Source: a virus (Duplodnaviria > Caudoviricetes). From it: a stretch of 64,000 bases of DNA. A program made the translations under genes and the position numbers. Shown here piece after piece: positions 54,866-63,955 of this stretch. The stretch spans positions 1 to 64,000 of the IMG/VR virus record IMGVR_UViG_3300045958_000007; one strand, given 5' to 3'. The notes below the pieces were generated by a model, which worked only from the letters and a program-made list of their open reading frames with translations, had not been told where the DNA came from and did not search any database. The number at the start of each line of letters is the position of its first letter. The first letter of the stretch is position 1.

Positions 54866-55438
54866 ATGGATCTCGGGCTCAAAGCACTCGACGACGACCA
54901 ACTGATCGAGCTGCTCGGCCAATGCTGCAACGAGCTGGCCGAGCGCGATCCCGTGGTGCGCGACCTGGCGCAGAGCGCCATCTTCGGTGAGGCCGAAAAG
55001 CTGCGGCTCATGAAGGAGAGCGCCAAGGAGGCCGTCGAGGAGGCGCGGAGCGAGTACATCGAGGATCTCCATCGCGAGGTCGGCGCCGAGGTGCGGCGGG
55101 CGGTCCAGGCCGGCGAAATCCGGCTACTGAGCCCGGCCGAGGAATCGCGCGAGGTGGCGATCGGCGACCTGGAGACGCGGGTGAAGTTGCTCGACGAGGA
55201 GATTTCGACCCTGGAGGACGAGGACGACCCCGAGGCGCTCTTTCGCCTGCGGTATGCCAACGGGTATCTGGAGGCCGATGTGCGGCTGGGCGGCTTTGAG
55301 CAGCGCCGCTACCGGGTCGAACTGAGCGAGAGCCAAATGTCGGTGTTCGCCGGGAGCATCCTGCAGGGTCTCAAGCGGCGACCGGCTGACGGCGCAACTC
55401 GTCCAATCTTTCGGCCAGGGCTTGTCGCGCCTTGGTAG
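54866..55438 (+). CDS. Acidic helical hypothetical protein
   Basis: ATG 54866 just after VWA stop. Confidence 0.55.
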   Translation: MDLGLKALDDDQLIELLGQCCNELAERDPVVRDLAQSAIFGEAEKLRLMKESAKEAVEEARSEYIEDLHREVGAEVRRAVQAGEIRLLSPAEESREVAIGDLETRVKLLDEEISTLEDEDDPEALFRLRYANGYLEADVRLGGFEQRRYRVELSESQMSVFAGSILQGLKRRPADGATRPIFRPGLVAPW

Positions 55439-56027
55439 CGAGCGCCAGCCGCCGGCTTGGCCTGGGTTTCCGCTCGATGCCCTGTGTGAAGCCGAAGAGC
55501 ACAGAGTAGCGCGTCCTCCATGTGTCGATTAGGGGGTCATAGGCCTGGATGACGCGCACCGATAGATTCGCACCGGTGCAGCGGGAAGCGCCGTCATGGC
55601 TAAGTGCCGCTGGCAAATCCAGCTCGCCGGTGACCAGTTTGGAGCCGAATTTCCACCCTTTCGTGATGCGCGGCAGGAAGTGTTGCCGCACCATCGGGCC
55701 GAGGCGCCGCCAGGTGAAGCTCAGGATGCCGTCGGAGGGGTCCGAATCCACGTCCACGCAGAAATTGTGGAGCGCCACCATCTCGAAAGACGTGCTCCCC
55801 ATGATCTCCGGGAACGATGGCGGGGTGTTCTCCCACGGGGCGAAGTCGACGCGGAAAGGCCGAGGGATGCGGACGTGGGCGAAGGACGAAAAGGGGGATC
55901 CCGGGGCCGCGCCGGTGATAAAGCCCCGCTCGACCACGATCATCGCCCCGTAGTTCGCGAGCTCGTCGCCGAGTACGCGGCAGAATTCGTGCGCGATGGT
56001 CTGGGGGGTGAGACGGGCGGCCGGCAT
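55371..56027 (-). CDS. Internally deleted major-capsid-protein paralog
   Basis: LTPQTIAHEFCRVL N-terminus; LDLP...LSVRVIQAYD...TRYSVLFGF aligns ungapped with coat C-terminus. Confidence 0.75.
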   Translation of the reverse strand: MPAARLTPQTIAHEFCRVLGDELANYGAMIVVERGFITGAAPGSPFSSFAHVRIPRPFRVDFAPWENTPPSFPEIMGSTSFEMVALHNFCVDVDSDPSDGILSFTWRRLGPMVRQHFLPRITKGWKFGSKLVTGELDLPAALSHDGASRCTGANLSVRVIQAYDPLIDTWRTRYSVLFGFTQGIERKPRPSRRLALATKARQALAERLDELRRQPVAA

Positions 56028-56214
56028 TCCTGGGGTTCGTTCGCCTCGGGAGCTGCAAGCATTCGCGTTTATCTCCCGCGGCCAGCTAACAGGTTAGCAG
56101 CCAGTGTTTGCGCTCGCCGGGGTGCTCGGGGCAGGGGGTGGGGTTGGGCTCGCCGCCGGAGTTTGCCGCCGTGACGGCAGAAGGTATCGAAGTCGGGGAC
56201 GGCGGGGCGGTTGG

Positions 56215-56517
56215 TCATTTGCTCTCCTCGGCCTTCGTTCTTGCGGCGAACGCCGCCCCGCCCAGCTTCGCGATCGCCCGCCGGCGCCGCGGCGAGACCT
56301 TCATGCGCGCGCCCTGGCGCAGGTTCGGGTCGGCTCGCCAGCACCCGCAGGAAACGGTATTGCCCGCGATCAGGTTCTTGCTCGATACCAGCTTGGCGTT
56401 GCCGCACTCACAGGAGCACGGCCAGCAGGCGCGGCCGTTGCGGATGACCGGCTCGGCGTGTCTTGAGATGGTGAGGCGGCCGAAGGTTCGGCCGCGCAGG
56501 TCGGTAACGGCTCCCAT
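56215..56517 (-). CDS. Homing-endonuclease-associated Cys domain without nuclease domain
   Basis: DLRGRTFGRLTI...WPCSCECGN...L.AG.TVSCGC then basic RRRAIAKLGG. Confidence 0.65.
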   Translation of the reverse strand: MGAVTDLRGRTFGRLTISRHAEPVIRNGRACWPCSCECGNAKLVSSKNLIAGNTVSCGCWRADPNLRQGARMKVSPRRRRAIAKLGGAAFAARTKAEESK

Positions 56518-57301
56518 GCCTTATCGCTCGATTCCCGCCGCACGCAGAGTGCGGTGCGCGTCGGCCACCTGTCTGGCAGTGGGCGGATAGCAGTCGATGG
56601 GCCGCGCGTCCTGCGCGAGCTCGGCGGCGTCCAGGATTTCCTGCGCCTCGTAGATCTCTTGGTCCGTTGGCTTGGGCTGCATGCTTGTCCTTTCCCCGGC
56701 GTTCCGTAGCCGGGCCCGGTGACCAACCGGACGCCCCGCAACCACGCGGAGACCACGCGGTTACCTGCGGGGCTTGGACTTGGGTTTGCGCGCCGCGGCT
56801 TTGGCGGCCTGCTCTTCCTGGTGCTGGCGGCGGACCGCCAGCCACATGATTTGGTCGTAGCTGGCGGTGTAGCGCGTCCTGGTGCCCTTCGGACGGATCT
56901 CCAGGTGCCGAGGGTGCAGGGAGACGATCAGAGCCCGTCCACGGTCAAATACGGCCGATTCGCGGGTCACGGGTTTGTCGAGGCGGGTCATAGCTCACCT
57001 CCCGAGAGAATACAGAACTCCTCGGCGAACTCGCGCGCCTTTTCCGTGGCGTCATCCGTCACGGCAACCTCGTACCGCCAGCCCGAGGGGCTTGCGATCA
57101 CCTCCAGGTTGACGTACTCGCCGCGTACCTGAGCCTCCGGGTGCTTCTCGGCGATGGATTGCAGGGCTGCTATGACTTCGGCGATGGGCATCATTCCCGG
57201 CCCTCCTCTCGCGCCGCCGGGCGCGCTCCGACCTGCCGAAGCTCATCGGGAGTCAGGGGCGCGGCGCGGCGAGCGATCAGCCGCGCCTGCTCGATCAGGT
57301 C

Positions 57302-57541
57302 CATCGTCTCATCTCCTCTCGTGAGCTATCGGTCAAATGGTCTGCGTCCAAGTTCGTCCAGCCCGAGTTGCCGCGCCTCGGCGGCGATGGAGCGCGAAAT
57401 CGGCGTGCAGTTGTCATACTGCACGGTAAAGACCTCGCTCCCGCTGTAGCTGGTGACGCGCGGATTGCGATTCAGGTGCCGCTGGACCATCTCGCTGGCC
57501 TTAACTTCGATTTCCATCGTCATCGTCTCATCTCCTCTCGT
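57302..57541 (-). repeat. 21-bp direct repeats containing RBS and start codon (57302-57322, 57521-57541)
   Basis: catcgtctcatctcctctcgt in both; minus strand reads acGAGAGGAGatgagacgATG. Confidence 0.9.
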
Positions 57542-58247
57542 TGGGCTACCGGGGTTCATGTGGCCTCCAGTGACCGTTCCGACCCCCTCGATTTCTCTCG
57601 TCGCGCCGATGCGGCACCGCGCCGCAGCGAACACATCCTCTATTGGCCGATCCACGAGGGAGGAGAATCCAGGCGAGCGCAGGCGGTAGAGCGGCTGCGG
57701 TTTGCCGCCCTCCGCCCCCAGCCCGCAATACGCACAGTTGAGCCGGTCCAGTGTCATTGGTCGGCCTCCTGGTCCAGCGGCTCCTCCCCCTCGCAATCGT
57801 CGCCCTCGTCGTAAATGTACTCGGCCTGAATCCCGCAGGCCTCCAGCACGTCGCGCAGGTCGGAGCCGCTCAACATGCCGGGATACTCGAATCGGAACGT
57901 CTGCCCGTTGACCGCGACCGTAACCTCATCGTCGGTGGAGCAGATGCGGACGCCGGTGTTCGCCATCTACTTGCCCTCCAGTTCCGTCTCGACCGCTGCC
58001 GCCAATTCGGCGTTCCGGGCGCGCACGTAGTTGTAATCATTGGTCCCGTCGTTAGGGCGCTCCAGCCAAGTCCGCACGCGATCCGTGCCCGGCTCGTGGT
58101 AGACCACGATATCGGCACTCGGATCAATTGCTGCGATGGCTTTCTCGGCGCGCTCGCGAGCGGCACTTTTCAGCTCGCGACCTTCCCAGACTCTGATGAA
58201 GTAACTCACGTTTTCTCCTTCGCCGCGTTGGTTGCGCGGCTGAGGAG

Positions 58248-58277
58248 ATTATGCGCTCACGGCCTCATTGAAGTCAA
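58248..58277 (-). promoter_or_regulatory. Sigma70-type promoter
   Basis: TTGACT-N18-CATAAT on minus strand. Confidence 0.65.
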
Positions 58278-58922
58278 CAGAAGATCGCGGGAATCGTCAG
58301 GAATCGTCAGATCCCGCTCCACCACGTAGAAGTATTTCGCGTCCGGGGGCGGCCCTTCGGAGGCGTACTCGATCTTGGTGGCCTTCGAGCCGGTCATCTC
58401 CATAGCGAGCTGGCCCGCTCGCAGGTCGGGAATCCCAAACTCCTGGCCTGGCGCGCGCGCCGCTCCGCGTTTGCGGCACAACGCTGGCGGAATTCCTCGG
58501 CCCCGATCTCGCGGCGCACCACATAGCGGATGCCAGCGATCAGAATCACCTCGTTGGGCTCGAGGCGCTTGCTCGCCGCGATCGTGCAGCCGGCCGGAGC
58601 GAGGCCGTGCTCCTGCATGATCTCGCGGAGGCGTTGCTCTGGGCTCATGCTTTCATCATGGCTCACCGCCCCCCTCGCCCCGAAAAAACCGGACGGCGCC
58701 GGCGGACGGAGCGTGTTTTTTTCGCGCCGCGGCACCTGTCCACGAATTCCCGTGCAGAGTCGTGGTTATCTCTGCCCTTACGAGTGTTTTCAGTGATTTA
58801 GCCCTGGGCATGGGCAAAAAACATATGTTTTCCGCCTACTCATTCCGGGCCGCGTAACTCCTTTCGTTGCGTGTCCGCCATGTCCGGTTACCGAGAGGTT
58901 TTTTGCCCACCCCATAGACGCG

Positions 58923-58958
58923 AAAAGGCCCGCCACCGCGCGGGGGCGATGGCGGGCC
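58923..58958 (-). terminator. Intrinsic terminator
   Basis: ggcccgccat/gtggcgggcc stem plus TTTT on minus strand. Confidence 0.7.
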
Positions 58959-59606
58959 AAGCAGCGGAAACGTCGAATACGCTTCCCTATCTTACCGGGT
59001 CAGCAGAAGGATCGTCAGCAGCTCGCCGGCGAGCGCCGCGGCCAGCAGCCACCAGAAGCGCCGCCGCCAGCGCACGGTATCGCGGTAGGGCGAGAGGCCG
59101 CCGTGGTCGCGGAGGAACTGGCGGAACTTGATCTCGGTTCGCCAGTCGTCCATAACCTCACTCATGAGTTGCGGCCCCCTCAATCCGCTCGAGCGCCGCG
59201 TCGGGGTGCCATTTACCCGCAGCGTCCTCCCACCCAACCGTGAACAGACGCGGTTCGGTCTGCTGATATACCCAGGTCATAGCCTACCCTCCAGCATAAA
59301 GGCCAGCGCGAGAAAGAAGAGGATCAGGAGAAAGCCGCCGATCCCTTCCCGCAGGGCTTGGATATCGTCCTTGCGGAGCATCATCTTATGCCACCTCCTG
59401 AAAGTCAGCCGCGGCCGTTGCCGCCGGCACCATGTAGACCACGCGGGCCCGGCGCACCTGCCAGACGCGCACCTCCAGGCCCGTCGCCCGGGCCGTCTCT
59501 TCGGCCACGCCCTGCGCGCGGTCGAGGTGCTTCTCAAACCCCACCGCGGCGGGCGCGCCGTTCGGGTGGATGACGTGGATGGAAAAACCGGAGGGCCTGC
59601 GCATGG

Positions 59607-59984
59607 TCAGTCCTCCTCCGGCAGCATGATCGTGATTACGGGCTCGCCGTCGTCGCCGGGCCCGCAGACCGCCTTGAGCGTGACGAGACGGCGCTGCCGC
59701 TCCTTCATGATGAAGCAGACGCGGTAGAGGATTTCGGTACCGCCGCGCCGCATCTCCACGCGGAGCATCCAGAGCACATCCCACAGCCGCCCAGCCTCCG
59801 ACTGGCCGAGGCGAACGCTGCGCGGGTCGGGCGTTACGTACCCATCCCAGACCGTGCGGGTGATGGCGACGGGGAAGCGGATACCCGCCTCCCGTGCCGT
59901 TTCGCTGACGTCGACCAGCGTGCCGTCAGCGAGGGCATCGGCCCGCGTATAGGCGTAGATGACTTCGCCAAAGAGGTTGTCCAT
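59607..59984 (-). CDS. DUF6573-like protein
   Basis: VIYAYTRADALADGTLVDV...PVAITRTVW...GRLWDVLWML...ITIMLPEED. Confidence 0.7.
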   Translation of the reverse strand: MDNLFGEVIYAYTRADALADGTLVDVSETAREAGIRFPVAITRTVWDGYVTPDPRSVRLGQSEAGRLWDVLWMLRVEMRRGGTEILYRVCFIMKERQRRLVTLKAVCGPGDDGEPVITIMLPEED

Positions 59985-59986
59985 GG

Positions 59987-60760
59987 CTACTTCACCTCCA
60001 CATAGGTTCCGCCGGCCAACTCCGCGCCGGGGATCTCGGTGCCCGCCTTGAGGTCCGCCTTCGCCCGCGTCTTGTCCACTTCCGCGCGCGGCGACTTCAC
60101 CGCGTCGAGCACCTGCGCCCGGACGTCCAGGTCCAGAGAATCGACCATCAATTCCCACGTCTCCGCCGGAAGCGTTACGGTCACCCGCTTGTACTTGGCC
60201 GGGATCGCCGCCTCGTCTGTCACGTTGAGGCTCTTGTCGCATCCGTGCAGCCCGAGCGTGAGAGTGCGTCCCTCCAGCTTCTTGCGCTTGCCCTTGGGGT
60301 CGGTGCCGAGGGTCTCGATGATCCGGGTGATGTAGCCGTCCAGCCGGTCGAGGGCGCGCTCGTAGAGTTCCTGGCGCTCGGTGAGCCGCTGCCGCTCGGA
60401 TTTGGCGACGGCGATTTGGGAAACCAGATGCAGCCGGAACTGGCCCACGCGATCGCGTTTCTCAACCACCTGAGTCAGCGTCTCCCGCAGTTCGATCTCG
60501 TACTGCTGCTCCATCTCGGCGGAGACCGCCTCCTCGGTGTCGAGGAGGGCGGCCAAGTGCATTTCGAGGTCGTACAGCGTCCGCGCCACGGGCGGCGCCG
60601 GGGGCTCCGCGGCGGCAAGGCGGGTGGTCGATCCGCCCGCCTCCTTCACCTTCTGCTCGAAGCTCTGGGCGTCCGTCTCGGTCTCGAAGCGGTACACCTG
60701 ATGGTCCGGGGTCTCGATCACCACCGGCCCGTGCGGCACTACAGCGAGTGGGGTAGCCAT
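59987..60760 (-). CDS. Siphovirus Gp157-like protein
   Basis: RTLYDLE, IPAKYKRVTV, VDKTRAKADLKAGTEIPGAEL. Confidence 0.75.
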   Translation of the reverse strand: MATPLAVVPHGPVVIETPDHQVYRFETETDAQSFEQKVKEAGGSTTRLAAAEPPAPPVARTLYDLEMHLAALLDTEEAVSAEMEQQYEIELRETLTQVVEKRDRVGQFRLHLVSQIAVAKSERQRLTERQELYERALDRLDGYITRIIETLGTDPKGKRKKLEGRTLTLGLHGCDKSLNVTDEAAIPAKYKRVTVTLPAETWELMVDSLDLDVRAQVLDAVKSPRAEVDKTRAKADLKAGTEIPGAELAGGTYVEVK

Positions 60761-60763
60761 GGT

Positions 60764-61873
60764 TTATGCCACCTCCTTGTTCGCGTTCGCAATCGCTTCC
60801 AGGTGGAAGTACAGGTCGGCCGCTTTCTCCGGGGCGCCGGGCGTCCGGTTGTCGATGGCGTTGCGGATGTCCTGGAAGTTCCGCCAGCCGTACCGCTCCA
60901 GCTCCGCCCGCCAGACGGACTCGCCGACGCGCTCGCGCATCCCCTTGAACGCCTCCGCGAGGTCCAGCATGGTTTTCCACGGGCCTTTGCGCTGCAACGG
61001 TTGCCGCCCCTCGACCTTCTGCTTGGCGACATACGCGGCGGCCGACGAGCCGGGCCGGTAGCCGCCGGTGTCGATCACCTCCTCGGGCGGGGTGAAGTCC
61101 TCCATGTCCTGGCTGAAGAACTCGCTCGCCGAGGTGGCGTTCTTGGTGCCGCTGATCTTCGCGCGCTTGAGCGCCATCTTGAGCACGGTATTGACGCAAT
61201 CGAAGATATCGGGGTTGGGTTTGCGCCCGGTCTGCTGGCTGGTGATTTGCGGGTCGTCGAGGGCGAAGGTAGCGCCGCAGCCGCCCACCTTTCGCCAGCA
61301 GTACCACTCATCGCGGTCCTTCGATTTCCGGATGTTCTCCTTGTGGCAGGCCGGGCAGGTGCGCTCGGCCTGCCGCCAACGGTATTTCGACTCCCAGGAC
61401 GTGCAGGAGCCCATGCCCTCGCCGATCAGGAAGTCCCCGCGGAACACCCGGCAGTGAATCTGGTAATAGAAAAACGGCTCGCCCGCGTGGCGCTCGCCGC
61501 TCCAGTCCTCCTCCTTTTCGAGGAATGCAAACTGCGGCGTCAGCCCGAACAGGTTGAGCAGCTTTTCGGCGCCGGGCTCGAAGAGCATGGGCCGGTCCGC
61601 GCCGGGGATCTTGCCGTAGTCCACGCCCTCCACCATCAGGCTGGTCATCGCATCCTGGATGGCCTTGCGCCGCACGAGGGCCTGCTGAATATCCATCACC
61701 GGCATGAACCGGCTTACCTCGCCGGCGCCGCCGGGGACCAACGCTCTGCTATCCTCGATGCTGTTGGAGTGGCTCGAGATGGTCCCGCTGTCTTGAGTCG
61801 CAACCGGGACGGGTGCGCTAACACCCGTCCCCGGCTCTTGGTATCTTCCGTTCGGCTTTCCAAATAAAGGCAT
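60764..61873 (-). CDS. Probable single-strand annealing/recombination protein
   Basis: DYGKIPG...GAEKLLNLFGL, GSCTSWESKY, NTVLKMALKRA...ASEFFSQDMED; adjacent to Gp157; strong RBS. Confidence 0.55.
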   Translation of the reverse strand: MPLFGKPNGRYQEPGTGVSAPVPVATQDSGTISSHSNSIEDSRALVPGGAGEVSRFMPVMDIQQALVRRKAIQDAMTSLMVEGVDYGKIPGADRPMLFEPGAEKLLNLFGLTPQFAFLEKEEDWSGERHAGEPFFYYQIHCRVFRGDFLIGEGMGSCTSWESKYRWRQAERTCPACHKENIRKSKDRDEWYCWRKVGGCGATFALDDPQITSQQTGRKPNPDIFDCVNTVLKMALKRAKISGTKNATSASEFFSQDMEDFTPPEEVIDTGGYRPGSSAAAYVAKQKVEGRQPLQRKGPWKTMLDLAEAFKGMRERVGESVWRAELERYGWRNFQDIRNAIDNRTPGAPEKAADLYFHLEAIANANKEVA

Positions 61874-61887
61874 CTGCCTTTCTCCTT

Positions 61888-62073
61888 TCAAATGTGGGCT
61901 AACAGGTCGGCTACGAACTCCTCCGGCACGTCCACGCCCTCGACCCGGTAGGCGGGATCCTGGAGGTACTCATCAAGCAGGTGTTCGGCCTGCGCGCGGG
62001 CTTGCTCGCGGGGGCATGCCCCGGCCGCCAGCAGCCCGGTCATGATGAGCGCGATTGCTTCCTCGCGGAACAT
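61888..62073 (-). CDS. Hypothetical protein
   Basis: 61 aa, coupled. Confidence 0.5.
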   Translation of the reverse strand: MFREEAIALIMTGLLAAGACPREQARAQAEHLLDEYLQDPAYRVEGVDVPEEFVADLLAHI

Positions 62074-62327
62074 TAGAACGGACGCCCCTCCTCTCCTCCG
62101 GCCGCAATGGCGCGCTCGACCGCTTCCAAACCACCAGCCGCCTCGATCTCTTCGGCTAGTTCCTCGTCACTGACGCAGACGGCGTGAGTGGCTCCGGGCA
62201 CCGTCGCCCCTACCTCGGGCTCCGGTTCCGGTTCCTGGGCTTCGTACTCGGCCTCGCCGTGGGTGGGGCCGTCATAGTAGTTGTCGTAGTAGTCTTCGCT
62301 GTACATTAGCGTCCCTTTCCCTTTCAT
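62073..62327 (-). CDS. Acidic hypothetical protein, first early-left gene
   Basis: Y/D/E-rich. Confidence 0.5.
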   Translation of the reverse strand: MKGKGTLMYSEDYYDNYYDGPTHGEAEYEAQEPEPEPEVGATVPGATHAVCVSDEELAEEIEAAGGLEAVERAIAAGGEEGRPF

Positions 62328-62349
62328 CGGGGTCTTCTACTTAACCCTG

Positions 62350-62414
62350 ATGCTAACGTAGCAGCGGTGCCACAGTCAAGCGAAAACATGCTTACCCAGG
62401 AGCGGTGCTATAAT
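62350..62414. promoter_or_regulatory. Back-to-back divergent promoters with agcggtgc direct repeats
   Basis: Minus: TTGACT(62379)-N18-TAGCAT; plus: TGcTATAAT ending 62414; agcggtgc at 62363 and 62401. Confidence 0.7.
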
Positions 62415-62422
62415 CCGCAATC

Positions 62423-62659
62423 GTGGCAAAGAAGAACCCAGCGGCGGTGCAACTCGGCAAGCTGAGGAAGGAGAAAGGGCCGCCGCTCAACGAGGTTGGA
62501 CGGCTCGGGGGGATTGCCAGAAAAGAGAAGCTGTCAGAGGAAGAGCGGAAATCCTCCGCGAGCCGCGCAGGAAAACGAAGCGCGGCGAAACTCACCGCCG
62601 CTGAACGCAAGAGACGGGCGCGTGCCGCCGCAGCGGCTAGGTGGGAGAAGAAGGCGTGA
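62423..62659 (+). CDS. Small basic KGG-repeat-like protein at the repressor position
   Basis: VGRLGGIARKEKLSEEERKSSASRAGKRSAAKLTAAERKRRARAAAAARW. Confidence 0.65.
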   Translation: MAKKNPAAVQLGKLRKEKGPPLNEVGRLGGIARKEKLSEEERKSSASRAGKRSAAKLTAAERKRRARAAAAARWEKKA

Positions 62660-62924
62660 CCATCCTCCGGTTGGCGGTTATGGCCGTCGTGGCTATCTGG
62701 GGTGGGGCCATAGCAATCGCCATGCTCGTAACCCCGATTTCCAAGTCCCGGGCGGCAAGCAGCAGTTCGCGCCTTCGGGATGCCCTGCCTGCCGGAAACC
62801 GTTCGACACGTCGCTGCCGCGCAACGTCGATGCGATTCGCGATGCCTTCCGTTCGATTCCAGAGGACCTGCGGGATCTGGTGAGCTTCCAGGTTGACGCG
62901 GGGCCTGCCGAGGAGCGGAGATGA
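62656..62924 (+). pseudogene. N-terminal TM protein with CxxC, apparent one-base deletion in C run 62732-62735
   Basis: Adding one C gives MTILRLAVMAVVAIWGGAIAIAMLVTPDFQVPGGKQQFAPSGCPACRKPF... Confidence 0.4.
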
Positions 62925-62936
62925 TCGACGCCCCCC

Positions 62937-62980
62937 AAAATACACAAATGGCCGGCCCTCCGCGCGGGAAGGCCGGCCAT
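62937..62980 (-). terminator. Terminator after lysis genes
   Basis: atggccggcc/ggccggccat stem, T-rich tail on minus strand. Confidence 0.65.
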
Positions 62981-63137
62981 GATGGAAGGCTTTGCGAAAT
63001 TCGGTCGCTGACTCTCCTAAAGAGGTTCTTTCGAGAGTAGCGTGTTACGCCGCGATAGAGGAATCGGCGGACTCTTTGAACCCTAGGCGCGCCCTGCGTG
63101 CATCAACCGCCGACCCTTCGATTTCGCATCGGTGAGA

Positions 63138-63746
63138 CTAGGACCGAATCAGTCGATCCCCCGCCCGATAGGCGTCGGCGAACGCCTCCAGGCCGTGACT
63201 GCCGCCGTTCACCAGGCGCCGGGCGGTCCCCAGGTCGGCGGCGGCGAGCGCCGCCCGGATGCGCGGCTCCTTGGCCTTGAGGAAGCTCGCGAGCAGCCGG
63301 GCCGCGATTACCGGATCGTTCGCCAGATCCGGGCTCGCCACCAGGTCCACCCCGATTGCGGCGCCGTGCTGCTGGTAATTCGCGCGGCCGGTCAACTGGA
63401 CGAAGCCCCGGCCGCGGAACCGCTCGCCGTCCGGAGCCCCGCGGTTGCCGAGATCGGGGCGCGAGTCGTACAAGTCGAAGGGATGCGCCGGAGCCAGCGG
63501 GGCGCCGGGCTCCTGGCGAACGAGCGCCTGGCCCGCCGGCGACGTGTTGAACCGCGAGATGCCCTCGCTCACGGGCTCGAATGCCGAGGCCTCGGCCCGA
63601 ATGGTGCCGAGCGCCATCAGGAGCATACTCCGGTCGCCGAGCTGCGCGTCCGAGAGCGCCTGCAGGACGTGCGGCAGGTTCGCCTCGATATTGCGCAGCG
63701 GGGCGCCGGGGAACATCGGAGCGACCAGCGCGGCCGTGACGGTCAC
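63138..63746 (-). CDS. GH19 (chitinase-like) endolysin
   Basis: LGTIRAEAS, RFRGRGFVQLTGRANY, ARRLVNGGSHGL. Confidence 0.9.
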   Translation of the reverse strand: MTVTAALVAPMFPGAPLRNIEANLPHVLQALSDAQLGDRSMLLMALGTIRAEASAFEPVSEGISRFNTSPAGQALVRQEPGAPLAPAHPFDLYDSRPDLGNRGAPDGERFRGRGFVQLTGRANYQQHGAAIGVDLVASPDLANDPVIAARLLASFLKAKEPRIRAALAAADLGTARRLVNGGSHGLEAFADAYRAGDRLIRS

Positions 63747-63955
63747 CGCAACGCCTCCGCGTACTCGCCGAGGGCATCCGCGTAGTCCCGGAGCGCCGCA
63801 CAGAGTGCGTCCTTACTCCGGTTGCCCTCGCACGCGACCAGGAGGGTAGTGATGGTCGCCTCTGCGCAGCCGCTATCGCGCAGGCGCCCGGCGAGCCGCT
63901 GGGCCGCTTCGTCGAGGCGGTCCGCCGCCCGGTTGAACCGTTCGCCGTCCATCAT
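63743..63955 (-). CDS. Hypothetical protein
   Basis: 70 aa coupled to endolysin start. Confidence 0.45.
   Translation of the reverse strand: MMDGERFNRAADRLDEAAQRLAGRLRDSGCAEATITTLLVACEGNRSKDALCAALRDYADALGEYAEALR

Larger units (their letters stand above)
56521..59605 (-). other. Array of about a dozen small early-region hypothetical CDS (e.g. 56761..56991, 56988..57194, 57326..57523, 57754..57966, 57967..58209)
   Basis: Short, coupled, RBS-preceded ORFs typical of phage early operons. Confidence 0.55.

Noticed and set aside
62990-63110. tRNA-like element (GGTTCAAA on minus strand)
   Set aside because: No cloverleaf, acceptor stem or D-loop; only local hairpins
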